From Lachnospira sp. UBA4285 (GTDB taxonomy: Bacteria; Bacillota; Clostridia; Lachnospirales; Lachnospiraceae), in the NCBI GenBank assembly GCA_002394965.1, contig DGVL01000088.1:1-61112 (forward strand): a stretch of DNA of 61,112 nt. The letters are read 5' to 3'. Each line of letters opens with the position of its first letter. Positions within the stretch are counted from its first letter, which is position 1. Made by a program: the position numbers and the translations under genes. Shown here in pieces: positions 33,920 to 41,689 of this stretch. The notes under the pieces were generated by a model. It made no database searches, had not been told where the DNA came from, and saw only the letters and a list, made by a program, of their open reading frames with translations.

Positions 33920-35345
33920 ATGAAGAAGGCAATATCGGGAGTTATGGCATCATTACTTGCTGTAACAATACTGGCAGGATGCGGAGGAGAAAGCGGTGGT
34001 GGCTCAATATCGTCAGGAAACACCGGAACAACGAAGTCAGCTGGAGTGACAACCACAACTTCTTCCACCATTTCTGGAGAACCGGTTTATATCGATCCAG
34101 ATGCGGCAAACGTGACGGGAACCGTTAACTTCTATACGGCTTTCGCGGGCGAGAATGGAACAGATGCTCTCATTAAGGAATTCAACTCCTATTATCCTAA
34201 TGTTGAAGTGATTCCTACAGTTTATAAGAATAACGGGGATGGAAATGTAGGGCTGGATACAGCCATTATGGCTGGAAATGTAGACGTAATTCTGAGCTTC
34301 GGTGTGGCGAATACATCAGCGCGCTGGGACAACAAATTGCTGATGGATATTACGGATAAATTAAAGAATGACAACCTGGATCTCGTAAAAGAATGGGGGA
34401 CTGATACATATAAATCATCAGATGGGAAGGTGTATGTATTTCCTTCAGGAGGTTTATCAGTTTACATTGCCATCAATAAAGACAAGTGGGATGCTGCCGG
34501 ACTTGGCGATATACCGTCAGAATGGACTTGGGATGAATAATATTGATGCATGCCGCAAACTTACTGTGAAAGACGCATCTGGTAAAACAATTACTTATGG
34601 TGGATCAGACTTCAATCAGACAGATTATTGGACATATTCGGTGCGCCAGAGTAAAGGAAAGAATGCTTTTTATAAAGAAGATGGTACAGCTGATTTTGAC
34701 AATCCGCTTTTTGCAAAGGTGCTGCAGAGAGAGCTGGATGCTGAAAACGAAGGCATTTGGTATTCAAAAGCAAATTATCTGGCAGATTCGACGAAATCCA
34801 GGGATATGTTTTTAAATGGTACGAATGCCACAACAGTTGAATCTATTCTGACACGTTACATTGCAGCGGCTGATCCGCAGTTTAAAATTACATATGCTCC
34901 ATATCCGGTCAACGAAAAAGGCGAAACGAATTATATGGCGGGAGCAGTGCCGAATTCTTTCGTGGGTGTAACAGCTAATACCAAATCTCCACAGGCAGCT
35001 TATGATTTTGCCAAGTTCGTTGCAACTTATGGGAATAAATATATGTATGCGGCTGGGCATGCAGGAAAATGGACCGGCATGAAAACAGATGATATTCTTG
35101 CCGTGGTATTTGGCTCGAAAGAAGCTGCTGAAAAGTATATTGATACAGACAGTTTCGAAAAATATGTGGTGGCGACCGGACAACCAGCTTATTCTGAGAA
35201 TGATATTACTGCATATTCAGATATTCAGTCGTTGATCAGTGAATATACGAAATACTGTCTGAACGGAGAGACAACTGTTTCGGAAGCAATGAAAGAGATG
35301 CAAAGCGCCGCGAATGAGGCAATTCAGGATGCTAAAAAAGGATAA
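33920..35345 (+). pseudogene. ABC solute-binding lipoprotein gene (cassette C) interrupted by a +1 frameshift near 34536-34541
   Basis: Two overlapping ORFs (33920-34540 and 34422-35345) together align with the cassette B SBP. Frame 1 ends '...IPSEWTWDE*'. The next frame continues '(N)IDACRKLTVKDASGKT...', against cassette B 'KGWTYEEFREAAKKLTKGDGQDKT'. Removing one A from GAATAATATT restores 'WDEYIDACRKL'. Lipobox 'LAGCGG'. Confidence 0.75.
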
Positions 35346-35364
35346 TTAGCTTTCGATATAACAA

Positions 35365-35407
35365 AGAGCTGCCGTATCAGAAATAGATATTGCTGAGCGG
35401 CGGCTCT
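35365..35407 (+). other. Intercistronic stem-loop after the SBP gene (mRNA stabiliser/partial terminator)
   Basis: 10-bp stem AGAGCTGCCG / CGGCGGCTCT (one G-U pair), 23-nt loop, no U-tract. Confidence 0.35.
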
Positions 35408-35429
35408 CTTGTGACAGGAGGAGTGGTAA

Positions 35430-36311
35430 ATGTCTGAAAGACAGAAAAGAGAAAACAGGGCGGGATGGCTTTTTATGCTTCCAGCTATGGTCCTATTTAT
35501 TACCTTGGTCATCTTTCCGGTGATTATGTCCCTGTTTCTTTCGTTCACCAAGTGGAACTTTCTTTCAGGTGTATCTGGTATTAAATGGGTTGGGCTGAGC
35601 AATTTTGTAAAGCTTCTTACAAGAGACAGGAAGTTCAGCATTGCATTAGCAAACACATTCATATATGCCGTGACAACAGCACCTGTTTCAATTGTACTCG
35701 CTTTGATCTTTGCGTATATGATCAATGACAAGGTATATCTGAAAAAGTTTAACCGAATGTGCTTTTTTATCCCTTATATCTCGAGTATGGTGGCATTAAG
35801 TGCAGTATTTCGCTTCTTGTTTCGAAGCGATGGACCTATCAATTCAGTGCTGATACATGTTTTTCATGTTTCTGTTGTGCCAGAATGGCTTACCAGTACC
35901 AGTTTGTGTAAAATACCGATCATTTGTGTGATGATCTATGCAGGGATAGGCTATTCATTGATCGTATATATGGCGGCCCTGCAAAATGTACCTGGTGAAT
36001 TATATGATGCAGCGGCAGTTGATGGCGCAGGAAACGTTCGGACATTCTGGAAAATAACTATTCCGCTGGTTTCCCCGACAACGTTTTATTTGAGCATTGT
36101 TCGTCTGATTGCAGCTTTCAAAGTATTTACCGCCATTAATGTTATGGGAATGGCTGATACAGCTCCCAGTATAGTTACACAGATATATACCAATGCATTC
36201 GGAGCGTATGAATTTGGAAACGCCAGTGCAGAAGCCTGGATCCTTGTTTTCATTATCCTTGTTATTACTGGCATTCAGTTCCTGGCTCAGAAAAAATGGG
36301 TAGTGTATTGA
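35430..36311 (+). CDS. CUT1 sugar ABC transporter permease (MalF/UgpA type), cassette C
   Basis: 293 aa. AGGAGG RBS. EAA loop 'YDAAAVDGAGNVRTFWKITIP'. Confidence 0.88.
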   Translation: MSERQKRENRAGWLFMLPAMVLFITLVIFPVIMSLFLSFTKWNFLSGVSGIKWVGLSNFVKLLTRDRKFSIALANTFIYAVTTAPVSIVLALIFAYMINDKVYLKKFNRMCFFIPYISSMVALSAVFRFLFRSDGPINSVLIHVFHVSVVPEWLTSTSLCKIPIICVMIYAGIGYSLIVYMAALQNVPGELYDAAAVDGAGNVRTFWKITIPLVSPTTFYLSIVRLIAAFKVFTAINVMGMADTAPSIVTQIYTNAFGAYEFGNASAEAWILVFIILVITGIQFLAQKKWVVY

Positions 36312-36341
36312 TGAAAAATAAGAATTGAGAGGTCGGGAGCT

Positions 36342-37172
36342 GTGAAAAGAGAAAAGCAAGGAACCAAAGTAATTAACACAATATGGGTTACGGTGTGTGG
36401 CTGCCTGTTCTTGATGCCATTGCTTTGGATGTTGTCTTCATCCGTAAAGTCAGGGCCAGAAGTTTTTGCGGATGATTTTAAATGGATACCGGAAATAATT
36501 CGTTGGGACAATTATATTAAGGTTTGGACGAATGCGAATGCTCCTTTTTGGAGAGCAATGTGTAACTCCCTGTTCGTATCGGTAGTGAGTACGCTGGGGC
36601 AGCTTCTGGTTTCATCGATGGCTGGCTATGCTCTCGCAAAGATTCAGTTCAAGGGAAAACATGCTGTTTTTATTGCAATGATGGCAACGATGATGATCCC
36701 GGGCCAGGCTACAATAATCCCCAAATTTATACTATTTCGTACAATTGGGCTCTATGATACCTTATGGTCACTGATTCTGCCGGGATGGTTCAGTATCACA
36801 TCGATCTTTCTGCTGAGACAATTCTATATGGGTCTTCCAAATGACCTTATGGAATCTGCAAAAGTTGATGGAGCTGATCACTTTTTAATCTGGTACCGGG
36901 TTTTGATGCCGCTGACAAAGCCGGTCATGGTAACAGTCATCGTATTGTCTTTCATCAATTCGTGGAATGAATATCTGCATGCTCTGATTTTTCTTCCATC
37001 AAATCAACTCTACACGGTTTCACTTGCGATTCAATATTGGATGAATATGACTGATGAATATAATCTCATGATGACGGCAGCGGCGAGTGCTGTGATCCCA
37101 GTGATTATCCTGTACCTGTTTACTCAGAAATATTTTATCGCGAGTATTGCAACTACTGGTGTGAAAGGGTGA
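36342..37172 (+). CDS. CUT1 sugar ABC transporter permease (MalG/UgpE type), cassette C
   Basis: 276 aa. GTG start. EAA loop 'MESAKVDGADHFLIWYRVLMP'. Confidence 0.88.
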   Translation: MKREKQGTKVINTIWVTVCGCLFLMPLLWMLSSSVKSGPEVFADDFKWIPEIIRWDNYIKVWTNANAPFWRAMCNSLFVSVVSTLGQLLVSSMAGYALAKIQFKGKHAVFIAMMATMMIPGQATIIPKFILFRTIGLYDTLWSLILPGWFSITSIFLLRQFYMGLPNDLMESAKVDGADHFLIWYRVLMPLTKPVMVTVIVLSFINSWNEYLHALIFLPSNQLYTVSLAIQYWMNMTDEYNLMMTAAASAVIPVIILYLFTQKYFIASIATTGVKG

Positions 37173-37188
37173 AAGAAAAGAAAGAAGA

Positions 37189-37896
37189 ATGAAGGAATTA
37201 CAAGGAAATATTCATTTGATCGCTCATCGCGGGTTTACGCAGAGAGCAGTGATGAATTCAGTTGCTGCATTTGAAGAGGCAGGAAAAAGGCAGTATTGGG
37301 CGATAGAGACAGATGTAAGAAAAACGAAAGATGGTGTGTTGGTCTGTAGCCATGATCCGGTAGTCGATACATTATTTGATGGATCCGGAAAAATTTGCAA
37401 CATGAAGTGGGAAGAACTGCAGAAACTACATTATAAAAATGGTCAGAATGGTAGAATTCCCATGTTCATAGATTATCTGCAGATCTGCCATGATTACGGA
37501 TGCATACCGTTCATTGAAACAAAAACGGATGACATCTCTGATGTTTTGGAGGTATCGAGAAGCATTTTTCCATCTGAAAGAATTATCATATCAAGTATAT
37601 GCTTTGAACATTTGGTGCATGTCAGACAGTTGGATCGAAATGTATTTGTCCATCATATTTTCAGCGATGAAGATAAAATGATAAAATTAGCTCAGATGGG
37701 GAATGCAGGAGTGTCTCTGAATTGTCCGATACCGGATGAAGTATCAAAGGAACAGATTGCGCGGATTCATGCCAAAGGCCTGAAAGTTTGCCTGCGGGCT
37801 GGAGATACATTGAAAGATATCAAAAAAATGACAAGGCTTGGATTGGATTATATTCCAACAAACAAAATCACGCCAGAAGATGTTCGGAGACTGTAA
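37189..37896 (+). CDS. Cytoplasmic glycerophosphodiester phosphodiesterase (GDPD/UgpQ-like)
   Basis: 235 aa. 'LIAHRGF' and 'AIETDVRKTKDGVLVCSHD' match the GDPD HR...E.D...H catalytic signature. No signal peptide. Confidence 0.8.
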   Translation: MKELQGNIHLIAHRGFTQRAVMNSVAAFEEAGKRQYWAIETDVRKTKDGVLVCSHDPVVDTLFDGSGKICNMKWEELQKLHYKNGQNGRIPMFIDYLQICHDYGCIPFIETKTDDISDVLEVSRSIFPSERIIISSICFEHLVHVRQLDRNVFVHHIFSDEDKMIKLAQMGNAGVSLNCPIPDEVSKEQIARIHAKGLKVCLRAGDTLKDIKKMTRLGLDYIPTNKITPEDVRRL

Positions 37897-37918
37897 CTAT
37901 ATTTAAGGAGGCAGATTA

Positions 37919-38581
37919 GTGAAGATCCAGGCAGTATTACTGGATATGGACGGGCTGATGGTAGATACTGAACGGCAATCTGATGAAGGGTGGACTTGGG
38001 CATGCCGTCAGCAGGGAATAGAGATTCCCCCCGGATTACTGGATCGTTTTAAGGGAGCAACAAAGGAAAGCTGCCGGAAAGCGTTTGACAATTATTATCA
38101 AGGCCGTTTTGACTACGAATATACAAGAATGCTGAAAGAGCAGTATATCGCAAGGATTCAGTCGACAGAGGGCGTACCACCTAAGCCAGGCCTATTTGTT
38201 CTTTTAAACGATCTGCGTGAAAAGCATATTCCGGCGGTTGTAGCCACATCTACAGAGCGCAAAACTGCAGAGAAAATCCTGCACAATATCGGAGCGTGGG
38301 ATTATCTTACCGATGTCGCATATGGAGATGAGATCAAGAAAAGCAAGCCGGCGCCGGATATTTTCCTTCTTGCGGCTAAAAAAGCTGGCGCCGCTCCTTC
38401 ATGCTGCATCGTGCTGGAAGACAGCATTAATGGAATTAAATCGGGGGCGGCCGCAGGCTGCGCTGTTATTCATATTCCGGATACTGTACAGATTCCGCCG
38501 GCGATATTGCAGCTGACGAAGGCTGTGGTCCCGACACTTGCTTATGTGCCTGAACTTATTGAAAAATGGAATCAAAGTTGA
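37919..38581 (+). CDS. HAD-superfamily hydrolase (beta-phosphoglucomutase / sugar-phosphatase subfamily IA)
   Basis: 220 aa. GTG start after AAGGAGG. Motif I 'LLDMDGLMVDTE', motif II 'ATST', motif III/IV 'KSKP...EDSINGIKSG'. Confidence 0.8.
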   Translation: MKIQAVLLDMDGLMVDTERQSDEGWTWACRQQGIEIPPGLLDRFKGATKESCRKAFDNYYQGRFDYEYTRMLKEQYIARIQSTEGVPPKPGLFVLLNDLREKHIPAVVATSTERKTAEKILHNIGAWDYLTDVAYGDEIKKSKPAPDIFLLAAKKAGAAPSCCIVLEDSINGIKSGAAAGCAVIHIPDTVQIPPAILQLTKAVVPTLAYVPELIEKWNQS

Positions 38582-38630
38582 ACACAGCGTGAGCTTCATG
38601 AGTTTGATTGTTATTATGAGGAAGAGCAGG

Positions 38631-40481
38631 ATGGCTATACGAGAAAAAGAAGCAGATTATGATATTGTCGTGATCGGCGGCGGACTCTCCGGAGTGTGTG
38701 CTGCTATTGCTGCGGCAAGAGAGGGGAGCAAAGTCGCGCTGGTTCAGAACCGGTCCGTGTTCGGCGGGAATGCAAGCTCGGAGATCCGAATGCATGTGGC
38801 AGGAGCGAACTGCCTGTCTTCCAAGCCGAATCTGCGTGAGACCGGTATCCTGGAAGAGATATTGCTGGAGAACAAGAGACGCAATCCATATGCGGATTTT
38901 CCGACATTTGACATGATCATCTGGGAAAAGGTGTATATGGAGCCCAATATCACGGCTTACCTGAATACCAATATTGAAGATGTCGGCGTGCAGGAGAACC
39001 GGATCACATGCGTGACCGGCCATCAGAACAGCACAGAGACAAAAATCAAACTGAACGGCCGGATATTTATCGACGCGACCGGACACGGGACGGTCGGCGT
39101 GATGGCAGGCGCAGCTCACCGGGAAGGCAGCGAGTCAAAATATGAGTTCCAGGAACCGTCTGCCCCGGAAGAACCGAATCGATACACCATGGGCAATACC
39201 ATTATGTTCCACGCCGTTGACCGCGGGGAGCCGGTTCCGTTTATCAAGCCGGCCTGGGCCAATACCTATACGGAAGAGGACCTCAAGTTCCGCCCGCATG
39301 TCGATCAGGTTTCGGTTGACGATGAGGACGGTATCCACAATGATGTGGAGAATGCCCCGAAGGGCAAGCTGCCGGAGTTCTCCAACATGGATGTCGGATA
39401 CTGGTGGTGTGAGCTAGGAGGAGATTATGACGACATAATCGGCCAGGGGGAAGAACTGCGGGATGATCTCCTGAAGTGCATCTACGGCGTCTGGGATCAC
39501 ATGAAAAATGGCGGCGATCACGGAGTTGAAAACTACGATCTCGACTGGGTTGGCATGGTCCCCGGCTACAGAGAGAGCAGAAGGCTGGAAGGGGATTATA
39601 TCCTCAATGAGAATGACATCCGCAGCAACCGGATCTTTCCGGATGCGGTTGCCTACGGCGGCTGGCCGATGGATGTCCATATTGCCGGAGGGATGCATGA
39701 CCTCAGCCATTTCCCTTCGAAGGTCTATAATTTTGACGGCTGCTATTCAATCCCGTACAGATGCTACTACAGCCGGAATCTTGTGAATCTGATGATGGCC
39801 GGAAGAGATATCAGCACGTCAAAGATGGCTTTTGGCTCGATCAGGGTTATGGGCACGTGTTCTGTCGGAGGGCAGGCAGTCGGAACTGCGGCGGCTCTCG
39901 CTGTGAAGTACCAGGAGACGCCCAGGCAGATCGGGAAAAATCACATCCGGGAGCTTCAGCAGGAACTTTTGAAGAATGACTGCTATATTCCGGGCTTTGA
40001 GAATACCGATGAGAATGATCTCGCCCGGACAGCCGTGTGGTCTGCTGCTTCCGAGACAAGTGGCTGCCCGGCGCAAAGCGTCGCTTCCGGCCCGGCACGC
40101 CCGGTCGGTGAGAGCAAAAACTACTGGGAATCTTCGGATCTCTCGAGGGCAGAGCTGACAGGGAAACTGAAGAGCCCGGCACGGATCCGGGAGGTGCGTC
40201 TCACCTTCGACACAGATCTGAGCCACGAAATCCAGCCGTCCATGCTTCGGAATATAATGAGCCGCGAAGTGAAGGGGATGCCGCATGAGCTGGTGAAAGA
40301 TTACGACATCAGACTGATGCGCGGCGGAGAAGTGATGTATGAGAGAAAGATACGCGGCAACTATCAGAGACTGAATGTCATCCGGACAGGCGAAGTCCCC
40401 TGCGACAGTATTGAAATCAAGATTCATGACACGTGGGGGAATCCGACAGCAAGGATTCAGGAAGTGAGATTATACGATTAA
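38631..40481 (+). CDS. FAD-dependent oxidoreductase with a C-terminal galactose-binding-like domain, paralog D
   Basis: The ORF track starts at 38538, overlapping the HAD gene. GAGGAAGAG precedes the ATG at 38631 ('MAIREKEADYDIVVIGGGLSGVCAAIAAAREGSKVALVQNRSVFGGNASSEIRMH'). 'GVWDHMKNGGDHGVENYDL', 'RESRRLEGDY', 'AYGGWPMDVH', 'IPYRC'. It ends in 'ARIQEVRLYD'. Confidence 0.8.
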   Translation: MAIREKEADYDIVVIGGGLSGVCAAIAAAREGSKVALVQNRSVFGGNASSEIRMHVAGANCLSSKPNLRETGILEEILLENKRRNPYADFPTFDMIIWEKVYMEPNITAYLNTNIEDVGVQENRITCVTGHQNSTETKIKLNGRIFIDATGHGTVGVMAGAAHREGSESKYEFQEPSAPEEPNRYTMGNTIMFHAVDRGEPVPFIKPAWANTYTEEDLKFRPHVDQVSVDDEDGIHNDVENAPKGKLPEFSNMDVGYWWCELGGDYDDIIGQGEELRDDLLKCIYGVWDHMKNGGDHGVENYDLDWVGMVPGYRESRRLEGDYILNENDIRSNRIFPDAVAYGGWPMDVHIAGGMHDLSHFPSKVYNFDGCYSIPYRCYYSRNLVNLMMAGRDISTSKMAFGSIRVMGTCSVGGQAVGTAAALAVKYQETPRQIGKNHIRELQQELLKNDCYIPGFENTDENDLARTAVWSAASETSGCPAQSVASGPARPVGESKNYWESSDLSRAELTGKLKSPARIREVRLTFDTDLSHEIQPSMLRNIMSREVKGMPHELVKDYDIRLMRGGEVMYERKIRGNYQRLNVIRTGEVPCDSIEIKIHDTWGNPTARIQEVRLYD

Positions 40482-40506
40482 ATAATATTAGAAAGAGGTG
40501 TCGATT

Positions 40507-41562
40507 ATGTCTGCAGAGGAAAGAAAATGGATGCGTCAGGAGCTGATGACGGCGCCGGGTGAGATTACCATTCAGAAGACGGCGATCCCGGAGCTGGGCC
40601 CGGATCAGGTACTTGTGCGGATCAAAAGACTTGGTATCTGCGGGAGTGACATTCATGTCTACCATGGGACGCACCCGTATACAAAATATCCGGTCACGCA
40701 GGGACATGAGGTGTCCGGTCAGATTGTCGCGTGCGGGCAGTATGCGAAAAAATATGCCATCGGTCAGAAAGTCACGATCGAGCCGCAGGTTTTCTGCGGC
40801 CGCTGCTACCCCTGTCTGCACGGGAAGTACAATCTCTGCGAGCACCTGAAGGTCATGGGCTTTCAGACGGTCGGGACGGCGAGTGACTATTTTGCGGTGG
40901 ACGAATCAAAGGTGACGGCGCTCCCGGATGAAATGAGTTATGATGAGGGAGCCATGCTGGAGCCGCTGGCCGTGACGATTCACGCGGCAAAGCGATATCC
41001 TGATATGAAGGGGGCCAATGTGGCGATTCTGGGGTGCGGGCCGATCGGAATCCTGCTCGCCCAGTCTGCCAAAGCTTTCGGGGCCAGAAAAGTTCTGAGC
41101 ACCGATGTGTCGGACTTTCGACTGAAGCTGGCCAGACAGGTTGGCGCAGACGCAGTGGCAAACACAAAGACCGAAGACTTTGGAGAAGTGCTGAATCGTG
41201 AATTCGGTGCCGATAAAGCCGATGTGATCTATGACTGCGCCGGCAATGACACGACCATGAATCTTGCCATACGCAATGCCCGGAAGGGAAGTACCATTAT
41301 TCTGGTTGCGGTTTTCGGGAAGATGGCAAGTGTCGATCTGGCTAAGCTTAATGACTCGGAACTTGATCTGAATACATCGATGATGTATCGCCATGAGGAT
41401 TTCGAGGATGCCATCCGTTTCGTGAAAGAAGGAAAGATTCAATTAAAACCACTGATGAGCCGACACTTTGACATGGAGCATTACCTGGACGCCTACCGGT
41501 ACATTGACAAGAACAGTGAGAAGACGATGAAGGTTCTTATTGATGTCGATCCGGATGCATAA
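40507..41562 (+). CDS. Zn-dependent medium-chain dehydrogenase (sorbitol / threonine dehydrogenase-like polyol dehydrogenase)
   Basis: AAAGAGG precedes the ATG at 40507 (the track uses the GTG at 40498). 'LGICGSDIHVYHG', 'GHEVSG', structural-Zn cluster 'CGRCYPCLHGKYNLC', Rossmann 'ILGCGPIGIL'. Confidence 0.85.
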   Translation: MSAEERKWMRQELMTAPGEITIQKTAIPELGPDQVLVRIKRLGICGSDIHVYHGTHPYTKYPVTQGHEVSGQIVACGQYAKKYAIGQKVTIEPQVFCGRCYPCLHGKYNLCEHLKVMGFQTVGTASDYFAVDESKVTALPDEMSYDEGAMLEPLAVTIHAAKRYPDMKGANVAILGCGPIGILLAQSAKAFGARKVLSTDVSDFRLKLARQVGADAVANTKTEDFGEVLNREFGADKADVIYDCAGNDTTMNLAIRNARKGSTIILVAVFGKMASVDLAKLNDSELDLNTSMMYRHEDFEDAIRFVKEGKIQLKPLMSRHFDMEHYLDAYRYIDKNSEKTMKVLIDVDPDA

Positions 41563-41598
41563 GAATTGTGATCATTAAGTCTATGAATTTGTCGAAAA

Positions 41599-41642
41599 GA
41601 AGCTTCGCGAAGAAGAGTTTTTCTCTTCCATCGCGAAGCTTC
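41599..41642. terminator. Long hairpin between convergent genes (bidirectional terminator candidate)
   Basis: GAAGCTTCGCGA-AGAAGAG-TTTTT-CTCTTCCA-TCGCGAAGCTTC. The outer 12 bp are perfect and an inner 6-7 bp also pair. On the minus strand it is followed by TTTTCGAC. Confidence 0.6.
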
Positions 41643-41689
41643 TGCTGTCTTCAGACCGGTTCCGGGACTGCTCCTGTCCGGAATCCGGA

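Noticed and set aside
33883-34128. 81-aa ORF overlapping the start of the cassette C SBP gene
   Set aside because: It is out of frame with the lipoprotein ORF, which has an AAGGAGG RBS, a signal peptide and a lipobox. The alternative frame has none of these.
34517-34550. Programmed +1 ribosomal frameshifting as an explanation for the split SBP gene
   Set aside because: There is no slippery heptamer, no rare-codon/stop context of the prfB type, and no downstream structure. A mutation or an assembly error is the simpler explanation.
30677-37900. The low-GC island as a prophage, ICE or transposon
   Set aside because: I could find no integrase, transposase, recombinase, tRNA attachment site, terminal inverted repeats or flanking direct repeats. 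All genes are metabolic, transport or regulatory.
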